From: Candidatus Berkelbacteria bacterium
Lineage (GTDB): Bacteria; Patescibacteriota; UBA1384; UBA12157
DNA: 64,000 bases
Direction: 5' to 3'
Assembly (NCBI GenBank): GCA_037127955.1
Contig: JBAXXI010000002.1
Location: 8,377 to 72,376, forward strand
Position numbers and translations under genes: made by a program
Shown: positions 1 to 10,111 of the stretch, piece after piece
Numbering within the stretch: position 1 is the stretch's first letter
Layout of the letters: every line of letters starts with the position of its first letter
Notes under the pieces: model-generated
What the model saw: the letters and a program-made list of their open reading frames with translations, nothing else
The model's database searches: none
What the model was told of the DNA's origin: nothing

Positions 1-592
1 GCGGCATTGGCGGCATGACTGGAGCCTGACCACGCAAAGTCTGAAATACACTAGCGCGTGGCTCATTAACCTTAACTAAAGGTTCGTCATCGTAAGTACG
101 TGAGCCCATTTTCTCCCACAAACTCTTAAGTGATAAATTCAAGGTAACCAATAATGAAACAACGGTTAAACCAAAAAGCAACAAAATAGTAGCATATGGC
201 CCAACCATTTTTACAAATAAATCATGAATGAATGCCCCGAAAAATCCGCCGGCCGGCGAAATGAGTGCTGGAAAAAAGATTAAAGTAAAAATCATACCAA
301 TAACCGAAAATGGCGAAAGTTTGATTCTTTCCGGTAACAAAAAAGCGAGTCCATAAAACAAATAAATGAAAGGTATAATATAGCCAACTAGGCCCCAAAT
401 ATTTTTGGAAAGATTAATAAAAAAATGGCCCACAACACCAGCTAACGAAAATTCTCCTAATAGAATAATTAATCCTAATATAATCAGGATTACACCAGCC
501 GCTTCGCGTGTGGTATCGGGATTGATTTTCCAATCAAGCGATTCCCAAACTGAAACTTGCTGACCGCGTCGATGATATCTTCTTTTGGCCAT
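1..592 (-). CDS. DNA translocase FtsK/SpoIIIE family, N-terminal membrane domain. Partial: ATG at 592, reading frame stays open to the window's left edge.
   Basis: My own translation: MAKRRYHRRGQQ..., then about four hydrophobic helices, then a Pro-rich linker (PVMPPMP). This is typical FtsK N-terminal architecture. It is not in the ORF track because it runs off the edge. Confidence 0.45.
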   Translation of the reverse strand, partial: MAKRRYHRRGQQVSVWESLDWKINPDTTREAAGVILIILGLIILLGEFSLAGVVGHFFINLSKNIWGLVGYIIPFIYLFYGLAFLLPERIKLSPFSVIGMIFTLIFFPALISPAGGFFGAFIHDLFVKMVGPYATILLLFGLTVVSLLVTLNLSLKSLWEKMGSRTYDDEPLVKVNEPRASVFQTLRGQAPVMPPMP

Positions 593-845
593 TTTCCCTC
601 CCGCGTTTTGAAAACGCGTTTATCTGGGTAATCAAATCTTTTCCTACCCATTACTAATATTATATCATATTTTGAGGAAAATGTCGAGACCAATAGCTGC
701 GAAATTTCTTATTATTTGTTCAGCCGGGTAATAAGAATGTTCTCTGGCTTACTCAAACTAGCGCAAAGAATGGTTTTGAATTTAAATTATTTTCGGCCAA
801 CAATCTTTACGCTTTTTTATTTGGCTTAAATTACCAAAAAAATCA

Positions 846-874
846 TTGACTTTTTCAGGTTCATAGTATATAAT
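846..874 (+). promoter_or_regulatory. sigma70-type promoter TTGACT-17-TATAAT
   Basis: Perfect hexamers with 17-bp spacer, 60 nt upstream of ORF 936. The same AAAAATCATTGACT context recurs at 1444. Confidence 0.6.
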
Positions 875-935
875 TTTTTCATAAGTTAAGTGTTAATTTT
901 TCAAACATTTAACTGGCAACTTTGGAGGTAGAAGA

Positions 936-1394
936 ATGGATGATATTGTCAAAGAAGTAACCGACAAACTATCAAAATCTGGCTTTGTCGCGACCGAATT
1001 AGAAAAACTCGTCCTGGAAAGTTACAACTTTCATTTAATGAGGGGCTTCATTGCCGAAACTGGTTGGCCAAAACTTGGTGACATGGCCATGTGTACAGAT
1101 ACATATATGTTTGGCACAATAAAAATCAACAAGATCCACTTTCAACCTGGATGGTTACACGACGATACGGCTGGATTTGTAGGACATTTAATTGAATTGA
1201 TAATTTTTGTTAATAATCTAAAAAATCATAAATACAGTATTGATGAAAACCAAGATATTATCAATATCAACAAAAGACTGCTTTGCGATCTTCAAAACTG
1301 GCTCAATGGCGAAAGCAAACGAAAATTCCGCTGGGATTATCACTTAGAGCAGTTAAATCAGACTAATAACGAAGAAATCAAATTGCCTTACTAA
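936..1394 (+). CDS. hypothetical protein (152 aa)
   Basis: ORF with RBS GGAGGT. Consensus promoter upstream and a terminator hairpin downstream. No recognisable motif. Confidence 0.5.
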   Translation: MDDIVKEVTDKLSKSGFVATELEKLVLESYNFHLMRGFIAETGWPKLGDMAMCTDTYMFGTIKINKIHFQPGWLHDDTAGFVGHLIELIIFVNNLKNHKYSIDENQDIININKRLLCDLQNWLNGESKRKFRWDYHLEQLNQTNNEEIKLPY

Positions 1395-1410
1395 CAGAAA
1401 TAACGGTCTA

Positions 1411-1437
1411 AACGGATACAAAATATCCGTTTTTTTA
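1411..1437 (+). terminator. rho-independent terminator
   Basis: AACGGATAC-AAAA-TATCCGTT followed by T6. Confidence 0.7.
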
Positions 1438-1450
1438 TACTGAAAAATCA

Positions 1451-1479
1451 TTGACTGAGTTTACAAAAAATGTTACAAT
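1451..1479 (+). promoter_or_regulatory. sigma70-type promoter TTGACT-17-TACAAT
   Basis: Upstream of ORF 1525. Shares the AAAAATCATTGAC extended context with the promoter at 846. Confidence 0.6.
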
Positions 1480-1524
1480 TACTCCATATAGATCGCCAAG
1501 ATACTATATGGAAAGGAGTAAAAT

Positions 1525-1809
1525 ATGCGTGTAATTGTTGTCTCCACTCTTTTGGCCGGACTTTTGCTTATACCCGGCACATCCTACGCCCAGGCAGTCG
1601 ATGGTACCTATTTCAGCTCACAAATCCCTATTCCTGCTGATCCGGTTCCCGGCACACCACCAGTTAATTACGCCTGTAACCTCAACGAGATCAGAGAATC
1701 TCGTCGCAAGAAAAAGAAACGACAAAACCGCCACCCCAGAAACCAAGGCTTTTGGGATTACGACCCGTTTCGACCGAATTTTTACCGCACCGGCGTGCGT
1801 AACCACTAA
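1525..1809 (+). CDS. small secreted hypothetical protein (signal peptide, basic C-terminus)
   Basis: N-terminal hydrophobic signal ...LLLIPGTSYAQA. RBS GGAAAGGAG. Flanked by a consensus promoter and a terminator. Confidence 0.5.
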   Translation: MRVIVVSTLLAGLLLIPGTSYAQAVDGTYFSSQIPIPADPVPGTPPVNYACNLNEIRESRRKKKKRQNRHPRNQGFWDYDPFRPNFYRTGVRNH

Positions 1810-1815
1810 CCTCAC

Positions 1816-1841
1816 AGCGGACCTATAAGTCCGCTTTTTTA
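1816..1841 (+). terminator. rho-independent terminator
   Basis: AGCGGAC-CTATAA-GTCCGCT followed by T6. Confidence 0.7.
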
Positions 1842-1913
1842 TATCAAAATTTATACTAAAAAACCGCCTTTGATCTAATCTCCAGCGGTTTTTATATACC
1901 AATATTAAAATAT

Positions 1914-3689
1914 TTATATTTCGATGATCACCGGAATGATCATTGGTCGGCGCTCAGTTTCAGTAAACAAAAATTCACCTAATTCCTGACGCAAAGCTTT
2001 CTTGATAAAATCCCAGTTTGCCGGGTATTTTTCATTATGCTTATTAAAGGTTTTCTTGATTTCCTGGCGAGCCTTGTAAACCAAGTCTTCTCGTTCACGC
2101 ATATAAATAAACCCGCGCGAAATAATATCTGGACTAGTAATAGTTTTACCAGTTTCATGGTCAACCGTCATAATAATGACAAAAATACCATCTTTAGCCA
2201 TGGCTTGGCGGTCACGCAAGACAATATTGCCCACGTCTCCCACACCTAAACCGTCGACTAAAACATAAGAAGCGTCAACTTTTTGGTTTGAAATACGGGC
2301 ACCTTTTTCATCGATTTCGATCACTTGACCATCTTCAATAGTAAAGGTTTTTTCTTCTGGAATACCCAATTCTTGAGCTAAACGAGCGTGTAAAACCAAG
2401 TGACGAAACTCACCATGAATTGGCAAAAAGTACTCTGGTTTTACATTGGCAATCACCAACTTCAACTCATCACGTTTAGCGTGACCCGAGGAGTGAACTT
2501 TTTCTCGTTCTGAACCATAAAACACGTTTGAACCAAGTCGGTACAAATTATTGACGGTATCAGAGTAAGTGCGTTCATTACCAGGGATAGCACCAGCTGA
2601 GATAACCACTGTATCGCCTTTTTTGATTTTGATTTGGCGATGTTCGCCAGTCGACATACGGACCAAGGCTGAATATTCTTCACCTTGTGAACCGGTACAA
2701 AGAATAACTAATTGATTATCAGGAATCTTATCTGCGCCACGAATATCAACTAATATTCCTTGTGGCACCTTTAAATAGCCTAAATTCATAGCAATATTGA
2801 TCGCCTTTTCCATACTTCGACCAGCAATCGCCACCTTGCGGTGGTACTTCTGAGCCGAATTAATCACACCTTGAATACGATCAAGAGCGGAAGCAAACGA
2901 AGTCACAATCATACGGCCTTTGGCTTTACCAAATATACCTGCAATTGTATCGTGAACCACGCTTTCTGCGATTGGATTACTTTTAATTTCAACGTTAGTC
3001 GACTCAAGTAGTAATAATTTAACCCCACGAGCCGAAAATTCATTCAATTTATTTAGAATTTTTTGTGATTCTAATTTGTTTGGATCAAGCTTAAAGTCAG
3101 CAATATGAATAATTAAGCCTTCTGGAGTATCGATAGCCAAACCCACATCGTCCAAAAACGAGTGAGAAAATGGGATAAATTCGATTTTGAAAACACCTAA
3201 CTGAATCTTGTCGCCAGCTGTAATCAAACGGATTTGAGGTTTGAGTTCCATTTCTTCCATTTTTGATTCAATAAAACCAGCGGTGAGCTTGGTCGCATAA
3301 ATCGGGCATTGTAATTTTGGCCAAATGTAAGCAATAGCGCCAATATGATCTTCGTGTCCATGAGTAAAGACAATACCGCGAATCTTGGATTTACGTTCTT
3401 CAAGGTAAGCCACGTTTGGAATGATAAAATCGATGCCAAGCATTTCGGCTCGAGGAAACATGATACCGCAGTCAACGATTAAAATATCGTCGCCATACTC
3501 ATAAATTTGCATGTTTTTACCGATTTCGCCGTTTCCACCCATTGGGATAATTTTTAATTTTTTCGCCTCAGGCGCTTTGAAAGTTGCCAAAGGTTGGTTA
3601 CCGGTTTGTTTAGCTGGCCCATTGTATATCGGTCTGATATTAGGGTTAGCGGCCGGACGAGGTTGCTCGTAAGATTGTTTGTAAGCCAT
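1914..3689 (-). CDS. rnj: ribonuclease J (beta-CASP metallo-beta-lactamase RNase)
   Basis: KIIPMGGNGEIGKNM...; HGHEDHIGA (HxHxDH) motif; about 590 aa. This is classic RNase J architecture. Confidence 0.93.
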   Translation of the reverse strand: MAYKQSYEQPRPAANPNIRPIYNGPAKQTGNQPLATFKAPEAKKLKIIPMGGNGEIGKNMQIYEYGDDILIVDCGIMFPRAEMLGIDFIIPNVAYLEERKSKIRGIVFTHGHEDHIGAIAYIWPKLQCPIYATKLTAGFIESKMEEMELKPQIRLITAGDKIQLGVFKIEFIPFSHSFLDDVGLAIDTPEGLIIHIADFKLDPNKLESQKILNKLNEFSARGVKLLLLESTNVEIKSNPIAESVVHDTIAGIFGKAKGRMIVTSFASALDRIQGVINSAQKYHRKVAIAGRSMEKAINIAMNLGYLKVPQGILVDIRGADKIPDNQLVILCTGSQGEEYSALVRMSTGEHRQIKIKKGDTVVISAGAIPGNERTYSDTVNNLYRLGSNVFYGSEREKVHSSGHAKRDELKLVIANVKPEYFLPIHGEFRHLVLHARLAQELGIPEEKTFTIEDGQVIEIDEKGARISNQKVDASYVLVDGLGVGDVGNIVLRDRQAMAKDGIFVIIMTVDHETGKTITSPDIISRGFIYMREREDLVYKARQEIKKTFNKHNEKYPANWDFIKKALRQELGEFLFTETERRPMIIPVIIEI

Positions 3690-3726
3690 AGTGATGACTT
3701 TCTAGTTAAATTCTAAATATAGAACT

Positions 3727-4284
3727 TTATTGATTAATTTGAGATAAAATTTCTGGAATTTTTTTAAAATCTTCCTTCATTGCTTCGCGGACCGAAAGCT
3801 GGTGTGTAGCGGCCGCTGGCTGATGCATAATCAGATAAACCTGGCCGGCTTTTTGATAAGCCTTGCCGTGAGCATCTGAAACAGATTTTAATTGTGGGAA
3901 AAACACTTGCATCGAGTGCTTACCCAAAGTGACGATTAATTTTGGTTTAATAGTTCTTATCTGACTAATTAAATAACTATTCGTACAAATTCTGACCTCT
4001 TCTTCAAGAGGATCGCGATCGTGCGGCGGACGACACTTAACTACATTTGTAATAAAAACGTCTTCTCGCTTTAAATTGATTGAAGCCAGTAACTCATTTA
4101 AAAATTCGCCAGCTTCACCAACAAAGGGTCTGCCTGCCCGATCTTCCGGTTCACCCGGACCTTCGCCAATAAAAAGAATCTCGGCAGTGGGACTACCTTC
4201 ACCAGGAGTGGCGTTAATTCTTCCCCTATAAAGAGGACATTTTTTGCAAGATTGAATATCTTGCCCAATCGAATCTAGATCCAT
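3727..4284 (-). CDS. uracil-DNA glycosylase, family 4
   Basis: CKKCPLY...GEGPGEPEDRAGRPFVGEAGEFLNELL motifs are characteristic of family-4 UDG. Confidence 0.85.
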   Translation of the reverse strand: MDLDSIGQDIQSCKKCPLYRGRINATPGEGSPTAEILFIGEGPGEPEDRAGRPFVGEAGEFLNELLASINLKREDVFITNVVKCRPPHDRDPLEEEVRICTNSYLISQIRTIKPKLIVTLGKHSMQVFFPQLKSVSDAHGKAYQKAGQVYLIMHQPAAATHQLSVREAMKEDFKKIPEILSQINQ

Positions 4285-4461
4285 GCAATCTTTCTGAGAC
4301 CTTAATTTAGATCAAGAGAAATAAATAATTTATTTTACCAATGAGATCTTTTTATATGACACACCTAGTTTAACACTAATTTAGGCTTTTGTCAAGCTAA
4401 ACCTAGTTATAAGGTTTAAAATATTAAAAAAGAGGTAAAAATTTACCTCTTTTAACTTGGG

Positions 4462-4707
4462 TTAGGAGTAAGTGACGCGGATTCCTGCGTCGTGCTGAAG
4501 GTCTAATGCCTTTTGACCAATAATACTGTAATTTGTTTCGCGACCGGCGACAACTTTAGCTTTTTCGCGGAAATGATCCGTAAAAAATTGCCCCATTGCT
4601 TCTTCAGCGGTTGTGCCACTGGTTGCTTTTGCTGGTTTGTTGAATTCGTAAACTAAGAAATCCTTAGTCCGTTTTAACAATACCAGGTGTACAACTTTCC
4701 CATTCAT
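4462..4707 (-). CDS. hypothetical small protein (81 aa, possible alpha/beta-barrel fold)
   Basis: Start moved to MNGKVVHLV... because AAGGAG lies 7 nt upstream. No firm family assignment. Confidence 0.4.
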   Translation of the reverse strand: MNGKVVHLVLLKRTKDFLVYEFNKPAKATSGTTAEEAMGQFFTDHFREKAKVVAGRETNYSIIGQKALDLQHDAGIRVTYS

Positions 4708-4875
4708 TAACTTTCTCCTTATAAAGTGTAGTGACAGATCAAATCTGTCTTCGTATATTAGCACATATTAACAGGTTTGTCAAGGTTAGGACATAAAAAA
4801 CCTGCTGAGCGGCCGACTACTAAGGAAGGCGTTTCAACAGGTTTTTGTTAATATTTAAAACTTAAATACTTGAAT

Positions 4876-6984
4876 TTAATGGTCTTCGTTCATAGCATCT
4901 TTGATGCTGAGTGAGACGCGGCCTTTTTCCTTGTCCACTTCGACGACTTTGACCTTGACGATATCGCCGACTTTAACCTTGTCGGAAACTTTCTCAATTC
5001 GCTCATTAGCAATTTGAGAAATATGAACCATACCGTCTTTATTTGGTAAAATCTGAACAATGGCGCCAATTTCATTACCGCGCATGCGGTCTTTCAAGAT
5101 TTGAACGACTGGACCTTCGAAAATCTCACCGACTTTTGGTTCACGCATGGAACCCGTAATAATCGACTCGGCTTTGGCAGCCATAGCTGAATCAGTTGAA
5201 CTGATCATAACTAAACCGTCGTCTTCAATATCGATGGAAATTAATTCACCACCACCACAGTCTTCGATGATTTTACGAATATTTTTACCACCTGGCCCGA
5301 TTAATTCACCAATCTTATCGGCATCGATTCTGAGCGATGTGATACGAGGAGCATAAGCCGAAAGTTCAGCTCGTGGCTCAGTGATGACTTCATTGATCTT
5401 ACCTAAGATAAAATTGATACCGTCGCGAGCTTGAAAAGTAGCTTCGGAAAGCATGTTCATTTCAACACCCTTGAGTTTGGTATCCATCTGGCAAGCCGTA
5501 ATACCATCTTTGGTACCAGTTAATTTATAATCCATATCGCCAGCAAAATCTTCCAAACCTTGAATATCGGTTAAAACTTTGTATTTATCGCCCAAAGTCA
5601 TCAGACCCATGGCAATACCAGCCACTGGAGTTTTAATCGGCACACCAGCGTCCATCAAAGCCAAGGTTGAACCGCAAGTCGAAGCCATTGAGCTTGAACC
5701 GTTGGAAGCCAAAACTTCGGATACAACGCGGATAGTATATGGGAAATCTTCTTTGCTTGGAATAACAGCCACCAAAGCGCGTTCTGCCAAGGCGCCGTGA
5801 CCAATTTCTCGACGAGAAGTACCACGAATGGTTTTAACTTCACCGGTTGAATATGGTGGGAAATTATAGTGATGCATGTAACGCTTGGTTCCCTCTTCTT
5901 CCATGGTTTCAATAGTCTGTTCTTCACCAGGAGCGCCAAGAGTCACAATTGACATAACCTGGGTCTGACCACGAGTGAACAAACCTGTTCCATGGGTTCG
6001 TGGCAGTAAACCAACTTCAATATCGATTGGGCGAATTTCGTCTAGCTTTCGGCCGTCAGGGCGAATACCCTTTTCGACAATAGCGTGACGGACTTCTTTT
6101 TCGAGTAAATCCGACAAAGTATTTTTCAGTTCTGATTGTTTGTAGTTACCCTCAAAAGTCTTCAAAACATCGGCTTCAAAAGAAGCAACTTGTTCATCGC
6201 GTTTAGCTTTATCCATCTCTGTCATAACGCTAGCCAATTTATCGCCAAGGTGTTTTTTAACATCGGCAATAATAGCGGCTTCACCTGGATCAGCCACGGT
6301 GTGCTTGGTTTTAGAAATTAAAGCTTTTTGGACTTCGATACCTGGTTGAAGTTCTTTCAAACCAAATTCAACGGCGGCCATAAAGTCTTTTTCAGACACT
6401 TCTTCAGCACCAGCTTCAATCATCATAACGCGTTCCGAAGTTCCAGCAACAGTTAAATCAAGGGTAGATTTTTCCATTTCGGCCATGGAAGGATTGGTAA
6501 TAAATTTACCGTCAACCAAACCAACACGAACAGCCGAAACTGGTCCTTCGAAAGGAGCTGGAGTTTGACTAAGTGCAGCCGAGGCGGCAATAATACCTAA
6601 AATATCTGGGTCATTTTCACCGTCAAACGAAAGAACAGTGATAATCACCTGAACATCGTTTCGGTAATTTTTTGGAAACAAAGGACGAATCGGACGATCA
6701 ATCAAACGGCAAGTCAAAATGGCTCGGTCTGAAGGTCGACCTTCACGTTTAATAAAGCGGGAACCGGAAATTTTTCCAGCCGCATATAATCTTTCCTCAT
6801 AATCCACCATGAGTGGAAAATATTCTGCATCATCTTTAGCTTTTTCGGAAACAACCGCAGTCGCTAAAACAACTGTGTCACCGCAACGAACGGTGACGGA
6901 ACCAGAGGCTAATCGAGCGAGTTTACCGGTTTCGATAGTAAGTTCTTTACCACCAATGACGGTCTTAAACACATCGGATTTCAT
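4876..6984 (-). CDS. pnp: polynucleotide phosphorylase (polyribonucleotide nucleotidyltransferase)
   Basis: Two RNase PH domains followed by KH and a C-terminal S1 domain (…KVKVVEVDKEKGRVSLSIK). Start set to MKSDVFKTVIGGKEL...; the track ORF starts 26 codons further upstream. Confidence 0.95.
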   Translation of the reverse strand: MKSDVFKTVIGGKELTIETGKLARLASGSVTVRCGDTVVLATAVVSEKAKDDAEYFPLMVDYEERLYAAGKISGSRFIKREGRPSDRAILTCRLIDRPIRPLFPKNYRNDVQVIITVLSFDGENDPDILGIIAASAALSQTPAPFEGPVSAVRVGLVDGKFITNPSMAEMEKSTLDLTVAGTSERVMMIEAGAEEVSEKDFMAAVEFGLKELQPGIEVQKALISKTKHTVADPGEAAIIADVKKHLGDKLASVMTEMDKAKRDEQVASFEADVLKTFEGNYKQSELKNTLSDLLEKEVRHAIVEKGIRPDGRKLDEIRPIDIEVGLLPRTHGTGLFTRGQTQVMSIVTLGAPGEEQTIETMEEEGTKRYMHHYNFPPYSTGEVKTIRGTSRREIGHGALAERALVAVIPSKEDFPYTIRVVSEVLASNGSSSMASTCGSTLALMDAGVPIKTPVAGIAMGLMTLGDKYKVLTDIQGLEDFAGDMDYKLTGTKDGITACQMDTKLKGVEMNMLSEATFQARDGINFILGKINEVITEPRAELSAYAPRITSLRIDADKIGELIGPGGKNIRKIIEDCGGGELISIDIEDDGLVMISSTDSAMAAKAESIITGSMREPKVGEIFEGPVVQILKDRMRGNEIGAIVQILPNKDGMVHISQIANERIEKVSDKVKVGDIVKVKVVEVDKEKGRVSLSIKDAMNEDH

Positions 6985-7069
6985 GTTACCTTTCTGGCAT
7001 GAGTACGTAGAACACCTAAAGGAGCACAAATTTTTATGCGTCTTTACCTGCCCTACGTCCATGCAATTA

Positions 7070-7180
7070 TTTTATTAATTCCGAAATCCGAATTCTAAAT
7101 CTCAAATAAAATATCAAACTGTTAAATTTCCAATTGGGAATTCTGATTTAATGATTTTATTCGTCATTCGTCATTCGAAC
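7070..7180. mobile_element. MITE-like repeat copy A (ORF-less) with about 17-bp terminal inverted repeats AAATCCGAAATCCGAAT / ATTCGGATTTCGGATTT
   Basis: CCGAAATCCGAATTCTAAAT…AATTGGGAATT…TTATTCGTCATTCG…TTCGGATTTT. Shares both ends and the internal AATTGGRAATTT…TTTATTCG block with the copies at 27335, 47222 and 63408. Confidence 0.7.
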
Positions 7181-7195
7181 TTCGGATTTTTTAAT

Positions 7196-7453
7196 TTACT
7201 TTTTTAAACCTAAATCTTTAATAAGTTTTTCGTACTTTTTTGTTTCGTTTTTCTTGAGATAATTCAAAAGACGGCGGCGTTTTCCAACCATCATCAAAAG
7301 TCCGCGGCGTGAATCTGAATCTTTAGCGTGCTTTTTCAAATGTTTGGCTAATTCAGCGATTTTCTCTGTTAAAAGAGCGACTTGAACATCGGTTGAACCA
7401 GTGTCATTTTTGTGTGTTTGGTACTTTTTGACCAAATCTTGTTTTTCTGCCAT
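7196..7453 (-). CDS. rpsO: 30S ribosomal protein S15
   Basis: 85 aa, full-length S15-like sequence. Lies downstream of pnp in the usual rpsO-pnp order (both on the minus strand). Confidence 0.93.
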   Translation of the reverse strand: MAEKQDLVKKYQTHKNDTGSTDVQVALLTEKIAELAKHLKKHAKDSDSRRGLLMMVGKRRRLLNYLKKNETKKYEKLIKDLGLKK

Positions 7454-7614
7454 GTTTTCTCCTGTTCGTTATACTTCAGCCATGATTTACCCCGAGCTTG
7501 TCGAGGGGCCAAGACATAACCTGCCCTCAATATTATTGGGGCGATTAATTAATATGGATTAATTGTACTACATTTTCACCTATTTGACAATAGTCTTGAC
7601 AAAAGCTTGATTTT

Positions 7615-7632
7615 GAGAGAGAGAGAGAGAGT
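7615..7632. repeat. (GA)9 dinucleotide microsatellite in the rpsO / 7708-gene intergenic region
   Basis: GAGAGAGAGAGAGAGAGA seen directly. Confidence 0.8.
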
Positions 7633-7707
7633 AAATTTGAATTGGAAGGATTTTCCTTCTAATACAAATAATTTATCGTTCATAGCGGTAACAAAAAGGA
7701 GAAAACT

Positions 7708-8262
7708 ATGTCAGTGGAAAATCCAAATCAAATCGGACAATTTGAGCCAGAAGAAAGTCGTAGTTGGGACGAGCAAATGAACAAGACAGAAGAAGGCACC
7801 ATTAATCCACTCAATAAAACCAATGAAATACCAACAGAATTATACTATGGACAAAATAAATTACGCGACGGATTTAAAGTAGAAATTGGACCTGATGCCG
7901 AAAATAGATACTACGAGACTCGTGCTAAAAGAATTATTGAATTTGCTAATCAATATCTCGAACATGCAAAAAATAGTTTTAAAGGTGAAACAAATGAAGG
8001 CTGGAGAAATCAGCTAATTTTGAATGAACTCAACGATATGGTAAATGGCATAGTTGTTGCACGAGAAGCAATTGCATGCAATGCAATGGAAAAAAATACA
8101 AACATTTCTGAGACTTTCATTCAAAGAAGTGGTAAATTTGATCGCGATAATTTTGGAGACAGTATGGGCGTTGCCGACGTGAAACAAACATACAGAGATG
8201 ATAAACTAATGAAAGCAATTCAAAGTGAAATACTAAATTTAAACAAAACCGAAACTAAATAA
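7708..8262 (+). CDS. hypothetical protein (184 aa)
   Basis: RBS AAAAGGAG. A bidirectional terminator hairpin follows at 8285-8311. Confidence 0.5.
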   Translation: MSVENPNQIGQFEPEESRSWDEQMNKTEEGTINPLNKTNEIPTELYYGQNKLRDGFKVEIGPDAENRYYETRAKRIIEFANQYLEHAKNSFKGETNEGWRNQLILNELNDMVNGIVVAREAIACNAMEKNTNISETFIQRSGKFDRDNFGDSMGVADVKQTYRDDKLMKAIQSEILNLNKTETK

Positions 8263-8284
8263 TTTTTATTCAATTAAAACACCA

Positions 8285-8311
8285 AAAGCACACCTCGTAG
8301 GTGTGCTTTTT
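8285..8311. terminator. bidirectional terminator hairpin
   Basis: AAAGCACACCT-CGTA-GGTGTGCTTTTT, with A/T runs on both sides. Confidence 0.65.
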
Positions 8312-8335
8312 AATAAAAATAAACTTTTTAAGATG

Positions 8336-9502
8336 TTACGATTGCATATTTTGAGTTTTTTTGGCTTGCCAGTCGCGGATGGTAGCAATGACCTGGTTTC
8401 CACGGCTTTGCAAGCTCTCGCCTGCAATGTTAAAGGCTGCCGCGGCTTCGTGACCGCCGCCACCAAAAAGTCTGGCAATAGCCGAGACATCCACTCCGGC
8501 CTTGGCGGCTCTAAACGACCCGTGAAGACCATCATTTTTTTCACTTAGTAATAAAGCAAAATCAATGCCTGGCGCGGTTTTTAAGAGCTCGTCGAGTACA
8601 CCAGAGGTAGCCGAATCATCGGCTGCCGCACCAGCAAAATCCGCTCGATTAACCGCAGACCAGATAAACTTATAATTATTTTCATCACGAACATTTTCCA
8701 AGACTCGGCCCCAAAGTTTTAAGGTTGAAAGAGTTTTGGTTTTAAAAATCCATTTGATAATTTCTTGCTGACGAGCGCCAGCAGCCACTAATTGAGCGGC
8801 GACGGTAAATGATTTTGGGGTGGTATTAGAGTTTTGAAAACTTCCCGTATCAACGATAATACCAGTTAATAAAGCGGTAGCGACATCGGTATCAAGTAAC
8901 GGTTTTTCCCGACCTAAAGATTCAACCAAAGCTACCAAAATTTCAGCCGTACTGGTGGCAGTCAAATCAACCCAGTTAACTTTACCAAAATAATCATTAC
9001 CAGGATGATGATCGATATTAACCACCGGTGTTTCGTAAAATAGTTCTGTATTTTTATCATAAATAGCCCCTAATCGGTCTAAATCAGGTGCGTCGAGCAC
9101 AATAATCAAATCGTATTTAAAATTACCAAAAGAAAAAGTGACATCTTCAGATTTAAAACTACCGTTAACAGGAGTAATAACGACGTTAAGTTTATTTTCT
9201 TCAGGCACATTTTTATAGGCCAGTTTGTCAACTTTAACTTTGCTAGTGTTGACGGAAATAATAAAGTCTTTAGTTCCGGAAAAAGTTGAAGATAGACTAT
9301 CTTTTCCAGGTAAAAACTGTAAATTTTCCGGCAAAACCTCGCTCGTAACCGCGGTCACTTCTTTACCTAGTTTTTTCAGTACCAAAGAAAGAGCGATCAT
9401 TGATCCCAAAGCGTCACCGTCAGGGTTCACATGGCTCAAAATTAAAACTTTTTGCGCCGATCGAACCAATTCAATTGTTTGCTGTTTAGGGGTAAGTTCC
9501 AA
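8336..9502 (-). CDS. nrnA: DHH/DHHA1 phosphoesterase (NrnA-like nanoRNase / pAp phosphatase)
   Basis: DHH motif (VNPDGDALGS, NIDHHPGN) and a C-terminal DHHA1 GGGGHEAAAAF motif. Confidence 0.82.
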   Translation of the reverse strand: MELTPKQQTIELVRSAQKVLILSHVNPDGDALGSMIALSLVLKKLGKEVTAVTSEVLPENLQFLPGKDSLSSTFSGTKDFIISVNTSKVKVDKLAYKNVPEENKLNVVITPVNGSFKSEDVTFSFGNFKYDLIIVLDAPDLDRLGAIYDKNTELFYETPVVNIDHHPGNDYFGKVNWVDLTATSTAEILVALVESLGREKPLLDTDVATALLTGIIVDTGSFQNSNTTPKSFTVAAQLVAAGARQQEIIKWIFKTKTLSTLKLWGRVLENVRDENNYKFIWSAVNRADFAGAAADDSATSGVLDELLKTAPGIDFALLLSEKNDGLHGSFRAAKAGVDVSAIARLFGGGGHEAAAAFNIAGESLQSRGNQVIATIRDWQAKKTQNMQS

Positions 9503-9649
9503 AATAATTTTTCCTCTTACTTATGCAACTTACTAATATATTAAAAAACCGGCAAATTGTCAAGGGTTTTAGCTAAAAAAAATTAATTTACTATAGAACT
9601 TCTGCTTTAATCTTGATTTAAACTAAATTTTCTGGTATATTAAATAGTC

Positions 9650-10102
9650 ATGAATAATAAAAATATCTTACAAAATTTTAGAAAAGCTTTCTTCAGGGAA
9701 AAATATCGCTTTGATCAAGGCAATGCTTTTTTAGTATTCGTAAACTTTGCCCTCCTTGTCGCCGCTCTAATTAATCAAAATGGTGGTAAACCAGAAATAA
9801 TCAAATACTACGTCATCGGCGGTCTGTTTGCTACCTGGTTTTTAGGTTATATTTTAGATCGCGTGGTTCAAGTTCAGGATATCCAAGAACGCGTTATCTT
9901 AAAACGCAGCCCAATTTGGCAACAAAATTTTGCCCGTCACGACGATCATGAAGAAAAATTAGCAACGCTAATTTCAAAACTGGAAAATATTGAGAAAAGA
10001 CTGGAAAAAAATATTAAAAAGACAATGCCGACTAAAGAGTTGCAAACTCGAAAGAAATATGCTAATATTAACCTAAATCAGTCAAAAATGAAAACTGAAT
10101 AA
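9650..10102 (+). CDS. hypothetical membrane protein (2 TM plus coiled-coil tail)
   Basis: Hydrophobic helices LVFVNFALLVAALI and VIGGLFATWFLGYIL. Confidence 0.45.
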   Translation: MNNKNILQNFRKAFFREKYRFDQGNAFLVFVNFALLVAALINQNGGKPEIIKYYVIGGLFATWFLGYILDRVVQVQDIQERVILKRSPIWQQNFARHDDHEEKLATLISKLENIEKRLEKNIKKTMPTKELQTRKKYANINLNQSKMKTE

Positions 10103-10111
10103 AGGAAAAAC

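Noticed and set aside
490-693. 67-aa minus-strand ORF from the track
   Set aside because: It lies in an alternate frame over the FtsK-like N-terminal coding region; the in-frame FtsK reading (ATG at 592) is longer, membrane-typical and runs off the window edge.
1535-1902. Overlapping 94-97-aa ORFs sharing the 1525..1809 locus
   Set aside because: Only the frame with a signal peptide and an RBS (1525) is plausible; the others overlap it fully.
7454-7520. rpsO autoregulatory leader structure
   Set aside because: Only a weak CCCC…GGGG hairpin was seen; cannot be supported without folding or alignment.
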